A stretch of DNA of 64,000 bases from the NCBI GenBank assembly GCA_017549425.1, contig JAFYUV010000017.1, positions 6,384-70,383 on the forward strand, read 5' to 3'. The DNA comes from Clostridia bacterium. GTDB lineage: Bacteria > Bacillota > Clostridia > TANB77 > CAG-465. Of the stretch, positions 28,124-38,267 are shown piece after piece. Position numbers and translations under genes: made by a program. The notes under the pieces are model-generated. The model was given only the letters and a program-made list of their open reading frames with translations, was not told the origin of the DNA and did not search any database. The stretch's first letter is position 1; each line of letters starts with the position of its first letter.

Positions 28124-29188
28124 ATGATAGCTATAATAATTTTGTTATTATTAGTTATAGTCGCATTAGGAGTGGTTTTATTTATTGTTTTCCAGAAGAA
28201 CAAATATTATAAAGTTGCTCTAGGTAATATGTCTGCTATGGTAATAATGCAAAGAATGTTCGAAATAATGGCATCATCAATACCAGCAAAGAATAAGTTA
28301 GAAGAATTAAATAATGTTATTATAGAAGCATTTGATTCTAAGTATTCTACCTTAGTATTGTTTGATGGTAATGAATATGAAATAAGAGCTTCGAATGTTG
28401 AGGGAGTTTATTTAGATAGTGTTAAAGAATTGGCAGAATCTCAAGAGTTTAAAAATAATGCTCTACAAAATATATCTAAATATTTGGTTGCTACAGGAAC
28501 AAGAGTATTGGGATACAAAACAGCGATGGAGAGATTGATAAAATCAGCAATGTTTTCTCCTATATATTATAACGGTACTTTTAGGGGCTTTTGGCTTTTA
28601 GAGGATAAATTAGAAGGTGCTTATGATTCAATTTCCAAAGAGGAATTAGCAAGATTAAAAGATAATATAGGAGTGTTTATAGAAAGCATATCAAGTCAAG
28701 AGGCTATCGAAAATGCTCATAATACAGATAAGCAAACTGGCTTTTATAATAATCTGTATTTATACTCTAATTTAAGACAAAAGATAGCAACATATTCAAC
28801 ATCGGCTATAGTTTTAATTCAACTTAGTAACTTAACGGAAATAAATGATAAATATGGTAGAGAAGTTGGAAATGTATTACTAGAAAATTCAGCAAAACAA
28901 TTAAAAGAATTGTTAAGTTCGGATAATATTTTAGTAAGATATAGCGGCAGTAGATTCTGTATTGCTTGCCCAGGAACATCAGTAGAATTATTACATAAAA
29001 CAATGGAAAGGTTTATAAGCGCTTTAAAATCTCAACAGGAAATTATGGAAAATGGTGAAGAAGTTTCCTTAGCAGTGAATATTGTAATGCATGATGTTAA
29101 AAAGCAAAGTAATATAGAAAGAGAAATATTTAAAATGGTAGAATATGCAAAAAAATCAAGAGAAGCTAATACTATAAATATTATTTAA
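28124..29188 (+). CDS. membrane-anchored protein with degenerate GGDEF domain
   Basis: N-terminal TM; C-terminal GGDEF fold with RYSGSRF in place of RYGG(D/E)EF. Confidence 0.55.
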   Translation: MIAIIILLLLVIVALGVVLFIVFQKNKYYKVALGNMSAMVIMQRMFEIMASSIPAKNKLEELNNVIIEAFDSKYSTLVLFDGNEYEIRASNVEGVYLDSVKELAESQEFKNNALQNISKYLVATGTRVLGYKTAMERLIKSAMFSPIYYNGTFRGFWLLEDKLEGAYDSISKEELARLKDNIGVFIESISSQEAIENAHNTDKQTGFYNNLYLYSNLRQKIATYSTSAIVLIQLSNLTEINDKYGREVGNVLLENSAKQLKELLSSDNILVRYSGSRFCIACPGTSVELLHKTMERFISALKSQQEIMENGEEVSLAVNIVMHDVKKQSNIEREIFKMVEYAKKSREANTINII

Positions 29189-29216
29189 ATATAATAAAGT
29201 ATAAGGGAGGTATTTT

Positions 29217-29462
29217 ATGGACCAACATACAGCGGTATTTAGCCCTCAAAAAGAGGAATCAAAAAGAGTAAAAGAGATAATGGAGCAGGTTGTTGCTGCT
29301 TTAAAAGACAAAGGATATGAACCAATCAGTCAAATAATTGGGTATATATTATCAGGGGATCCAACATATATTACATCTCACAATAATGCTAGAGCTTTAA
29401 TTTGTAAAATTGAAAGAGATGAATTGTTAGAAGAAATGATTAAAAAATATTTGGATATATAG
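29217..29462 (+). CDS. ireB: IreB-family regulatory phosphoprotein (UPF0297)
   Basis: [41 protein letters not shown] matches UPF0297/IreB. Confidence 0.85.
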   Translation: MDQHTAVFSPQKEESKRVKEIMEQVVAALKDKGYEPISQIIGYILSGDPTYITSHNNARALICKIERDELLEEMIKKYLDI

Positions 29463-29468
29463 GTGCGT

Positions 29469-29882
29469 ATGGGAAGAATATTGGCAATAGATTATGGAAC
29501 AGCTAGAGTTGGGTTGGCTATTTCTGACGCTCTAAAGATAACAGCACAAAGTTTAGAAACTGTAAATATAAATAATGATGATGATTTGTTTATAAATGTA
29601 GTAGAGGACTTAGTGAAGAAATATAATGTAGATACTATAGTTATCGGTTATCCAAAACATATGAGTGGAGATTTGTCTGAAACTAGCAAAAAAATAGATA
29701 ATTTGATACCAAATCTTGAAAAGATATGTAGCAATATAGTAAAATGGGATGAGAGATTAACTACTGTAATGGCTCATAAAACAATGAAAGAATTAGGTAT
29801 TAAGCAAGTAAAGAAAAAGGAACATGCAGATAGGTTGGCAGCAATGTATATTTTGCAAGATTACTTAAGTTATATTTCATAA
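29469..29882 (+). CDS. ruvX: Holliday junction resolvase-like RuvX/YqgF
   Basis: MGRILAIDYGTARVGLAISD N-terminus. Confidence 0.85.
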   Translation: MGRILAIDYGTARVGLAISDALKITAQSLETVNINNDDDLFINVVEDLVKKYNVDTIVIGYPKHMSGDLSETSKKIDNLIPNLEKICSNIVKWDERLTTVMAHKTMKELGIKQVKKKEHADRLAAMYILQDYLSYIS

Positions 29883-29939
29883 ATAAGAATATTATGCACT
29901 TTTGTGCAAATAATATTATAAATTAAAGGAGGAATAAAA

Positions 29940-30284
29940 ATGGAAGAAGAAAAAGTAGGATGTGGACACTCTTGTGAAGGATGTCATGCTTGTGGACACG
30001 AAGAAATGGAAACAGAAGGCATACTTACATTTGTAGATGAGGAAGGAAATGACGTTAGATTTGAAATCCTAGATGTTGTATCTATGGACGAAAAAGAATA
30101 TTTAGTTGTTTTACCTTTAGATGAAGAACAAGATGAAGAAGAAGGAAACGTATTGATTCTTGAAATCAAACAAGAAGATGGAGAAGAAGTTTATGATACT
30201 GTAACAGACGATGAAGAAGCTGAAAAAATATTTGTAAAATTTCAAGAACAAAATGATTTAGTAGAAGATCAAGACGAAGAATAA
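29940..30284 (+). CDS. DUF1292 family protein with N-terminal Cys/His cluster
   Basis: conserved ireB-ruvX-DUF1292 synteny; GCGHSCEGCHACGH N-terminus; acidic. Confidence 0.65.
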   Translation: MEEEKVGCGHSCEGCHACGHEEMETEGILTFVDEEGNDVRFEILDVVSMDEKEYLVVLPLDEEQDEEEGNVLILEIKQEDGEEVYDTVTDDEEAEKIFVKFQEQNDLVEDQDEE

Positions 30285-30335
30285 TTAATAAGAGAATAGA
30301 TGAAAGTCTATTCTTTTTTGTATTGGGAGAGAAAA

Positions 30336-31262
30336 ATGGAAATAACATATACAGTTGATAAAGTGGATAAATTAGACAATATTTTACGAGAAAAGTTGAA
30401 AATGTCAAGAAGAGTAATAAAAGAATGTGAACAAGATATTTTAGTAAATGGAGTGCATCGACTTAGAAATCAGTTATTAAATATTGGAGATGTTATATTA
30501 GTTAGTTTAAAAGAAGTAATTCTTGAAGAGGAAAAGTTTATAAATAAATATGCTAAAGTAGAAGAAGAATTGGACATACTTTACGAAGATGAGTATTTGT
30601 TGGCTGTAAATAAGCCTTCGAATATGCCTGTTCATCCTTCATGTAATAATTATGATAATACTTTGTCTAATATTGTAGCACCTTATCTTGCTAAGCAAAA
30701 TGTTTTTGGAATCCATATAGTAACTCGTTTAGACAAAGATACAAGTGGGGTGTGTATTTTTGCTAAACATCCATATATACAGGAATTATTTAATTTAAAA
30801 AAGAAAGACTTAAATATAAAAAAAGAATATTTATGTGTTGTAAAAGGAATTATAAAAAATCAACATGAAATAATTGAACAGCCAATAAAAAGAAAAGAAA
30901 ACAGCATAATTTTAAGGGAAGTAAATAACGAAGGACAATATGCTAAAACCGAATATTTTGTAGAAAAATTAAACAAAAAGGATAATTTTTCAATTCTTAA
31001 GGTGCTGTTACATACTGGAAGAACACATCAAATAAGGGTGCATATGTCATATATAGGGCACCCATTACTTGGAGATGACTTGTATGAAAAAGAAACTGAA
31101 AAAGAGAATATTTTAAAACTTATACAAAGACAAGCCTTACACTGTAATAAAATAAAATTTACGCACCCTATTACAGGGAATAAGATATGCATAATTTCCA
31201 ATTTACCTCAAGATATAAAAACTTTGATAGAAGATAAAAACTGCATATTTGTTGCAAAATAG
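30336..31262 (+). CDS. RluA-family pseudouridine synthase
   Basis: HRLDKDTSG-type motif (VTRLDKDTSGVCIFAKH); ATG 30336 (track start 30300 is upstream). Confidence 0.8.
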   Translation: MEITYTVDKVDKLDNILREKLKMSRRVIKECEQDILVNGVHRLRNQLLNIGDVILVSLKEVILEEEKFINKYAKVEEELDILYEDEYLLAVNKPSNMPVHPSCNNYDNTLSNIVAPYLAKQNVFGIHIVTRLDKDTSGVCIFAKHPYIQELFNLKKKDLNIKKEYLCVVKGIIKNQHEIIEQPIKRKENSIILREVNNEGQYAKTEYFVEKLNKKDNFSILKVLLHTGRTHQIRVHMSYIGHPLLGDDLYEKETEKENILKLIQRQALHCNKIKFTHPITGNKICIISNLPQDIKTLIEDKNCIFVAK

Positions 31263-31329
31263 CCGTGTTTGTGATATAATGTACTTCCTTAAAAAATATA
31301 TTTCATTAATAATTTAAAGGAGAGACTTT

Positions 31330-31782
31330 ATGAATGATTTTATGAAAAGGGTAAAATATTTGTCGCGGAAACACAAGGTAATTGCCATAGCAATTGTCTT
31401 TGTTACAATCTATTTACTTAGTTGCTTTATAGTTAATTCCATAGTAGAACCTAGTGAAACAGAACTTTCTAACATTTGTGAAAAACATTTAAGAATTTCC
31501 AGAGAATTTTCCAATATCGAAAGATATGAAGGCGCAAGTTTTGAGTTGGTTCACAATTCTATTTCTAATACAGACGACACAATAGTTACTATACAGGAAA
31601 AAACATATAAGGTTGTTGCTAGATACACTTCAGAAAACGAATTACTCTCTTTTGATTTAGTGTACACAGTACCTTTTTATCCTTATATAAAATACTATGG
31701 TTCTGTATTATGCTCAATTATTTTGGGGATAGTATTAATTTGTATTCTTAAGAAAAAAGACTTTTTTAAAGAACTAGATTAA
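31330..31782 (+). CDS. small bitopic membrane protein, paralogue 1 of 3
   Basis: N-TM, soluble middle, C-TM; shares architecture/sequence with next two ORFs. Confidence 0.45.
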   Translation: MNDFMKRVKYLSRKHKVIAIAIVFVTIYLLSCFIVNSIVEPSETELSNICEKHLRISREFSNIERYEGASFELVHNSISNTDDTIVTIQEKTYKVVARYTSENELLSFDLVYTVPFYPYIKYYGSVLCSIILGIVLICILKKKDFFKELD

Positions 31783-31802
31783 CATATTGTGAGGTGCAAA
31801 TT

Positions 31803-32201
31803 ATGAGTAGAGAGAAATTTTTGGTTGTTATTTCTATAAGCGTTCTTATTCTTATGAATTTCTGGATTTCACTATTTATAATAGATGATTCACAAATTTG
31901 TAGTATGTACGAAAAACAAATAAAGCTAATTCAAGACCCAACATTAGAGGCTAATATTGGTAGTGCAAGGATCGCCAATTATACAGATGAAAAATACAAT
32001 AAAGAATTTTCTAAAATTGTTATAACTTGTGGTGTTGCTGATTTGACTTGCGTATATACAGAATCGGGTGATATTGTATCTATTGATTATAACTCAAGTA
32101 CTCCGTTTGTTATTTTTATGGCAATATTACTAACTATTTTATGTACAGTGATAATAGGTGCAGCATTATATCCTAATGAAAGTAAACCATCAAAAAAATA
32201 A
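31803..32201 (+). CDS. small bitopic membrane protein, paralogue 2 of 3
   Basis: MYEKQIKLIQD block aligns with RVYKKQIRTAQD of paralogue 3. Confidence 0.45.
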   Translation: MSREKFLVVISISVLILMNFWISLFIIDDSQICSMYEKQIKLIQDPTLEANIGSARIANYTDEKYNKEFSKIVITCGVADLTCVYTESGDIVSIDYNSSTPFVIFMAILLTILCTVIIGAALYPNESKPSKK

Positions 32202-32205
32202 AGGA

Positions 32206-32613
32206 GACAGTTTATATGCGCAAATTAGATAAAGTAGATATTGCAGCAATAGTATTTTTGTTATTTTGTTAAATTTATTATGGTATTTGTTTGTTCCTAC
32301 AAATGAAGATGTTATGCGGGTATATAAGAAGCAAATAAGAACGGCACAAGATACATCTTTTGCAGAATTATATAGTGATGTTTATATTTCAACATTTGTT
32401 AATGAGGAATCACAAAATGAATACACAAAGATAACTGCAAAAGGCAGAGCGGATTTTCTTAAGTTGAAGGTAACGTATAATTCTAATGATGAAATTGCAA
32501 AAATTAGTTTTTCTTGCCATGAGATATGGTCTAGAATGGTCGCCATTATACTGGCAATTGTTGCAAGTATGCTTTTTTATATTTTTGGTTATTTGTTTAC
32601 CGAGATCTTCTGA
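32206..32613 (+). pseudogene. small bitopic membrane protein, paralogue 3 of 3, N-terminal TM interrupted by 1-nt frameshift (about 32255-32268)
   Basis: MRKLDKVDIAAIVFLLFC stops at TAA; continuation LNLLWYLFVPTNEDVMRVYKKQ... in +1 frame (track ORF 32266-32613). Confidence 0.4.
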
Positions 32614-32657
32614 TAATAATAAAAAACTCTACATTAATTTGTAGAGTTTTTTATTAA

Positions 32658-35282
32658 CTATTTATTGTTTATTGCTGCTTGAGCTGCTGCAAGTCTTGCG
32701 ATAGGTACTCTAAATGGAGAGCAAGAAACATATGTTAGACCTACTTTATGACAGAACTCAATAGTAGAAGGATCTCCACCATGTTCGCCACAAATTCCAA
32801 GTTTTATATCTGGTCTTGTTTGTCTTCCTAAATCTGCTGCCATTTTAACAAGTTTACCAACACCGTTTTGGTCAATTCTTGCGAATGGATCTTGTTCATA
32901 AATTTTCTTGTCATAATAGTAATTTAAGAACTTACCTGCATCATCACGGCTAAATCCAAATGTCATTTGAGTTAAATCATTTGTACCAAATGAGAAGAAT
33001 TCAGCATCTTTTGCTATTTCATCAGCTGTAACGGCTGCTCTTGGTATTTCAATCATTGTACCAACTTTATATTTCATATTGCTTCCAGCGTTTGCTATTA
33101 TTTCATCAGCTGTTTTTGTAACAATAGATTTTACATATTGAAGTTCTTTTAATTCACCAACAAGTGGAATCATTATTTCAGGAACTATATTCCAGTCAGC
33201 ATGTCTTGCTTGAACATTTAATGCAGCTTCAATAACTGCTCTTGTTTGCATTTCAGCAATTTCTGGATAAGATACTGCTAAACGACATCCTCTGTGTCCC
33301 ATCATTGGGTTGAATTCGTGTAGACTTTCAATAACATGTTTTAATTTTTCAACTGTAATTCCAAGTTCTCCAGCTATTTCTATTATATCTTTTTCCTCAG
33401 TAGGTAAGAACTCATGTAGAGGAGGATCTAGATAACGAATAGTAACTGCTTTACCTTCCATAGCTTCATATAAACCTTCAAAATCGCCTCTTTGCATTGG
33501 TAGAAGTTTATCTAAAGCTTTTCTTCTTTGTTCTTCTGAGTCAGAAACAATCATTTCTCTCATAGCTTTAATTCTGTCCGCTTCAAAGAACATGTGCTCA
33601 GTACGGCATAGACCAATACCTTCTGCTCCAAATATTGCTGCTTGTCTAGCATCAGCTGGGGTATCTGCATTTGTTCTAACTTGAAGTTTTCTGAATTCAT
33701 CAGCCCATCCCATTATTGTTCCAAAGTCACCTGAAATGCTTGCAGGAACTGTAGGAATAGCTTCAGCATATATTTTACCAGTTGTTCCATCAAGAGAAAT
33801 ATAATCTCCTTCATGGATTTCATGTCCGCCTAGAGTAAATACTCTGTTCTTTTCATCTATTGTAATAGCGCCACAACCAGATACACAGCAAGTACCCATA
33901 CCACGAGCAACAACTGCTGCGTGAGAAGTCATTCCTCCGCGAACTGTTAGAATACCCTCAGAAGCATGCATTCCTTCTATATCTTCTGGAGAAGTTTCAA
34001 GTCTTACTAGAACTATTTTTTCTCCTTTTGCTTTCCATTCAATTGCATCAGCTGCTGTAAATACAACTTTACCACAAGCCGCTCCTGGAGATGCTGGAAG
34101 AGCTTCACCAATTGCAGTAGCTTTTTTAAGAGCATCTGCATCAAAGCAAGGGTGTAGAACTGTATCAAGACTTCTAGCGTCTATCATAGCAACTGCTTTT
34201 TCTTTTGAAATTTTACCTTCATTTACAAGGTCAACTGCAATTTTTAAAGCTGCTGCTGCTGTTCTTTTACCATTTCTTGTTTGAAGCATATATAATTTTG
34301 TGTTTTCAATAGTGAATTCCATATCTTGCATGTCTGCATAATGGTCTTCAAGTTTTTGACAGATTTCAACGAATTGATCGTAAGCTTCTGGCATAACTTC
34401 TTTTAATTGATCTATTGTTTGAGGAGTTCTAATACCTGCAACAACGTCTTCACCTTGTGCGTTCATTAAGAATTCTCCGTATAATTTTTTCTCACCTGTT
34501 GATGGGTTGCGAGTAAATGCAACACCAGTTCCAGATGTTTCTCCCATATTTCCAAATACCATCATTTGAACGTTTACTGCTGTTCCCCAAGAAGATGGAA
34601 TATCGTTCATGCGACGATAGTATATAGCTCTAGGGTTGTCCCAAGATCTGAAAACTGCTTTTACAGCTTCTAATAATTGCGTTTTTGGATCTGTTGGGAA
34701 TTCTTCGCCTTTAGCTTCTCTATAGCAAGCTTTAAACTTAGCAACTAATGCTTTCATATCGTCAGCATCAAGTTCTGTATCAAGTTTAACACCTTTTTCA
34801 GCCTTCATTTCATCAATGATTTCTTCGAAGTAGCTCTTTGGAACTTCCATAACTACATCTGCAAACATTTGAACAAAACGACGGTAAGAGTCATAAGCAA
34901 AACGTGGATTGTTAGTTAATTTTGCAAAACCTTCTACAACTTCATCATTAAGTCCAAGATTTAATATAGTATCCATCATACCAGGCATAGATGCTCTAGC
35001 TCCTGAACGAACAGATACAAGAAGTGGATTTTCAACACTTCCAAAAGTTTTGCCAGATATTTCTTCTAGCTTTTTCAAATTAGCAAATATCTCATCAACT
35101 ATTTCTGGAGCAATGTTCTTTCCATCATCATAGTAACGAGTACAAGCTTCTGTAGTAACAGTAAAACCTTGAGGAACAGGCATTCCTAAATTAGTCATTT
35201 CTGCTAAGTTAGCACCTTTACCACCAAGAAGTTCTCTTTGTTTACCATTACCTTCACTAAATTGATAAACGTATTTTGTCAT
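32658..35282 (-). CDS. ppdK: pyruvate, phosphate dikinase
   Basis: 874 aa; GGKGANLAEM, GGMTSHAAVVARGMG, PEP-utilizing motifs. Confidence 0.95.
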   Translation of the reverse strand: MTKYVYQFSEGNGKQRELLGGKGANLAEMTNLGMPVPQGFTVTTEACTRYYDDGKNIAPEIVDEIFANLKKLEEISGKTFGSVENPLLVSVRSGARASMPGMMDTILNLGLNDEVVEGFAKLTNNPRFAYDSYRRFVQMFADVVMEVPKSYFEEIIDEMKAEKGVKLDTELDADDMKALVAKFKACYREAKGEEFPTDPKTQLLEAVKAVFRSWDNPRAIYYRRMNDIPSSWGTAVNVQMMVFGNMGETSGTGVAFTRNPSTGEKKLYGEFLMNAQGEDVVAGIRTPQTIDQLKEVMPEAYDQFVEICQKLEDHYADMQDMEFTIENTKLYMLQTRNGKRTAAAALKIAVDLVNEGKISKEKAVAMIDARSLDTVLHPCFDADALKKATAIGEALPASPGAACGKVVFTAADAIEWKAKGEKIVLVRLETSPEDIEGMHASEGILTVRGGMTSHAAVVARGMGTCCVSGCGAITIDEKNRVFTLGGHEIHEGDYISLDGTTGKIYAEAIPTVPASISGDFGTIMGWADEFRKLQVRTNADTPADARQAAIFGAEGIGLCRTEHMFFEADRIKAMREMIVSDSEEQRRKALDKLLPMQRGDFEGLYEAMEGKAVTIRYLDPPLHEFLPTEEKDIIEIAGELGITVEKLKHVIESLHEFNPMMGHRGCRLAVSYPEIAEMQTRAVIEAALNVQARHADWNIVPEIMIPLVGELKELQYVKSIVTKTADEIIANAGSNMKYKVGTMIEIPRAAVTADEIAKDAEFFSFGTNDLTQMTFGFSRDDAGKFLNYYYDKKIYEQDPFARIDQNGVGKLVKMAADLGRQTRPDIKLGICGEHGGDPSTIEFCHKVGLTYVSCSPFRVPIARLAAAQAAINNK

Positions 35283-35447
35283 TTTTGACCTCCTAAGATA
35301 AATTTGTTACAATAAACAGCTTTATTATAACGGCATGCATATTATATCAAAGATGTGTTAAAATAGCTAGTGTTATAGGAAAAAAACACAAAAAAATATG
35401 TCAAAATAAACTGTCGAGGACATAACAGTTAGAATAAAATATAATGG

Positions 35448-35714
35448 GTGGTAAAAGTGACTTTAATAGTAGAAGTTTTGGTGTATATATTGGTAGTATT
35501 AGGTATTATGGTAATAACTATTACTGTTATAGATAAAAATAATATAAACACCCCTGAAAAATCAGGCGATGATGAAAGCAATGTGATTGTAGAAATAAAA
35601 GTTTGTGGAAAAAGTGAAAAACAAGTACAAAATATAGCATGGAGAATAGCAAAAGGCAAGTATACAGATATTTATGATATTGCTGATGAATTTAAAATTT
35701 ATATGAAAGAGTAA
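35448..35714 (+). CDS. small membrane protein (88 aa)
   Basis: N-terminal TM, charged C-part. Confidence 0.3.
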   Translation: MVKVTLIVEVLVYILVVLGIMVITITVIDKNNINTPEKSGDDESNVIVEIKVCGKSEKQVQNIAWRIAKGKYTDIYDIADEFKIYMKE

Positions 35715-35720
35715 TTATAT

Positions 35721-35750
35721 AAAAACCGCAGGGAGAAATACTCCCTGCGG
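35721..35750 (-). terminator. terminator hairpin (CCGCAGGGA...TCCCTGCGG) with T-run on minus strand
   Basis: read directly. Confidence 0.7.
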
Positions 35751-35754
35751 ATGA

Positions 35755-36252
35755 TTAGCTTTTAATACGAGAGGTATCTATATACACAATATATGAATAT
35801 TCAGAATAGTTGTCTTCAGAGAAAGATAAAAGCAGAATATTTCTAAGTATATTAGGAAAATCCCTTTTGTAGGTCTTTGCTGTTTGTAAAACTCTTCCGG
35901 TATTACTTGTTTCAATAACTTCTGTTGTTTTTATTGGCAATTTTTTTATCTCATTATCCTCACTTAAACAAATTACATGTTCAGAGTATATTTTAACAAT
36001 GTATTCACTTGAATCCGTTTGTTTTATAACAAATTCTGAAACAGAAGTATTAATTAAAGTGGAGGAATTGCATACAATAATAGTAACTACACTACAAATC
36101 ATAATTAGTAAGCAGATAACGAATTTAATGAGCCATTTCTTTATGTGTTTTCTTCCAAATGGCGATTTAGAACCATAGTCTATCCAATCATAAAGGTGAA
36201 CGGCAGATATTGTAAAAAGAACAAATGAAACCACAAAAGTTATAATAAGCAT
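35755..36252 (-). CDS. 2-TM membrane protein with extracytoplasmic domain
   Basis: hydrophobic N-terminus and second TM; translationally coupled to upstream gene. Confidence 0.4.
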   Translation of the reverse strand: MLIITFVVSFVLFTISAVHLYDWIDYGSKSPFGRKHIKKWLIKFVICLLIMICSVVTIIVCNSSTLINTSVSEFVIKQTDSSEYIVKIYSEHVICLSEDNEIKKLPIKTTEVIETSNTGRVLQTAKTYKRDFPNILRNILLLSFSEDNYSEYSYIVYIDTSRIKS

Positions 36253-36254
36253 AA

Positions 36255-36746
36255 TTAATCTCCCTCATTTCCTTTTAGTTTTTTTAACAGAGAACGAAGT
36301 ATTGCTTTTTGGTTTGTTTTTTCAAAAGTCTCTCTTCTTTCTTTCATTGAGGTGGCATTTAAGTTTTCATTGGCAAAATCCTTTAATTGTGGAATGTTTA
36401 AGCCGTTTTCGATTCCTAGACGAATTTGTTCCATTTGTTCAGCTGAAAAACGCGGATTACAATATAATTTGACTAAAGTTCGCCGCTCTTTTGCCGTGTG
36501 AGTAAGGCCGAGCCTAATTTGTTTCATTTGTTGCGCGTTATACCGCGAGTCAGCAAAATATTGAATTAAATTTTCGCCCATAGAAGATAGTAAAGCGATT
36601 TGCACTTGTTCAAGTTCTTCGGTTGTTGTAATGTTGTCTTCTAAAATGGTAATCATATTGGAAGATATTTTCTTTGTTTTTAAAAAGTTTTCCCAAAAAT
36701 AAAAATTTTGTTGAGCCATAAGCTCTATTAAATTTACTGAAGTCAT
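36255..36746 (-). CDS. hypothetical protein with internal about 35-aa repeat
   Basis: ADSRYNAQQMKQIRLGLTH / CNPRFSAEQMEQIRLGIEN repeat. Confidence 0.35.
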   Translation of the reverse strand: MTSVNLIELMAQQNFYFWENFLKTKKISSNMITILEDNITTTEELEQVQIALLSSMGENLIQYFADSRYNAQQMKQIRLGLTHTAKERRTLVKLYCNPRFSAEQMEQIRLGIENGLNIPQLKDFANENLNATSMKERRETFEKTNQKAILRSLLKKLKGNEGD

Positions 36747-36912
36747 ATTAATCCTCCTAAAAAATTATTTTTTGGATTTGTTAAATAATCCGTAAGATAT
36801 TTTATCACAAATTATGTAAAATGTAAATATAGATAAATTGGATATTAATCACTTTCTTGACAAATTGTAATTTAATTGATATATTTTATTTTATTGAGGA
36901 GAGGGTTAGATT

Positions 36913-37503
36913 ATGTTTGCATATTTTAATGGGAAAATAGTGAAAAAAGATAAGGAAAAAGTTGTTATAGATGTAGGAAATATAGGGTATGAAATATATA
37001 TGCCACAAGGAGATGTGGATAGATTAGAATTAGATAAAATTTGTAAAATACATACATATACAGATATTAAAGAAGGAAGTTTCCAAATTTTTGGATTTAT
37101 TGACGAAGAGGAACAGAGTGTGTTTGAAAAGCTAAAGAAGGTAAGCGGTATAGGAAGTAAAACAGCCCTTAATATATTGTCTTATATGTCACCGATGGAA
37201 GTTTGCGTGGCGATAGCAAATGAAGACACAGTTATTCTTTCTAAAATACCGGGGTTAGGAGCAAAAACTGCAGCTAGAATAGTTTTAGAATTGAAGGATA
37301 AAATATTAAAAGAGGCACCAGATATAGTTAAGAAACCGCAGGCATGTAAAATGAAAACAAATACAGCCGTAAATGAAGCAGTACTAGCATTAAAAGTCTT
37401 AGGATATTCTGGTTACCAAATAGAAGAAACTATAAGTAGAATAGATACAGAGAATAAATCTGTAGAGCAAATAATCAAATTGGTTCTAGCTAATATAAAA
37501 TAA
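36913..37503 (+). CDS. ruvA: Holliday junction branch migration protein RuvA
   Basis: N-terminal OB domain + HhH pairs (GIGSKTALNIL, IPGLGAKTAARIVLELKDK). Confidence 0.75.
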   Translation: MFAYFNGKIVKKDKEKVVIDVGNIGYEIYMPQGDVDRLELDKICKIHTYTDIKEGSFQIFGFIDEEEQSVFEKLKKVSGIGSKTALNILSYMSPMEVCVAIANEDTVILSKIPGLGAKTAARIVLELKDKILKEAPDIVKKPQACKMKTNTAVNEAVLALKVLGYSGYQIEETISRIDTENKSVEQIIKLVLANIK

Positions 37504-37592
37504 TCGCAAACAATTATGTATATGAATAAATTACCATTGATATTTAAAAATATATATGATATGATTTTTACATAGTATTAAGGAGAATAAAA

Positions 37593-38267
37593 ATGATTGA
37601 ATTTCAAAATGTTACTAAGAGATATGAACATGATGTTGTAGCTTTAAGTGATATTAATGTTAAAATAGAAAATGGTGAATTTGTTTTTTTGGTAGGCCCT
37701 TCAGGTTCAGGCAAATCAACATTTTTAAAACTTCTTTTAAAAGAAGAAATCCCTAGTGACGGAACTGTATATTTTGATGGAGTGAATTTAGCCGGAGTAA
37801 GGGAGAAAGATGTACCTTATGTAAGAAGAAAAATGGGATGTGTGTTCCAAGACTTTAGACTTTTATACGATAAGACAGTATATGAAAATATAGTTTTGGC
37901 CCTTAGAGTAATTGAAACTTCAGATAGAGAAATAAAGACACAAGTAGCAGCCGTTATAGATATGGTTGGACTTAAAGGAAAAGAAAATGCATATCCTAAC
38001 CAATTATCTGGTGGAGAGCAACAAAGAGTTGGACTTGCTAGAGCACTTGTTACAAGACCTCCTGTAGTTATAGCAGATGAACCAACAGGTAATTTAGATG
38101 ATGAAACGGCACAAGGAATAATGAACATTCTATATGAAGTAAATAACAGAGGAACTACGGTATTAATGGTTACTCATAGTAAGGACATTATATCAAGAAG
38201 TAATAAGAGAGTTATTACTTTGCAAAGTGGCAAAATAATTTCTGATACTAAAGGAGGTAACGCATAA
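37593..38267 (+). CDS. ftsE: cell division ATP-binding protein FtsE
   Basis: GPSGSGKST, LSGGEQQRVGLARAL, ADEPTGNLD. Confidence 0.9.
   Translation: MIEFQNVTKRYEHDVVALSDINVKIENGEFVFLVGPSGSGKSTFLKLLLKEEIPSDGTVYFDGVNLAGVREKDVPYVRRKMGCVFQDFRLLYDKTVYENIVLALRVIETSDREIKTQVAAVIDMVGLKGKENAYPNQLSGGEQQRVGLARALVTRPPVVIADEPTGNLDDETAQGIMNILYEVNNRGTTVLMVTHSKDIISRSNKRVITLQSGKIISDTKGGNA

Noticed and set aside
36913-37503. Doubt about RuvA call because no ruvB follows
   Set aside because: Sequence matches RuvA domains well; ruvB is presumably elsewhere, so the call is retained.
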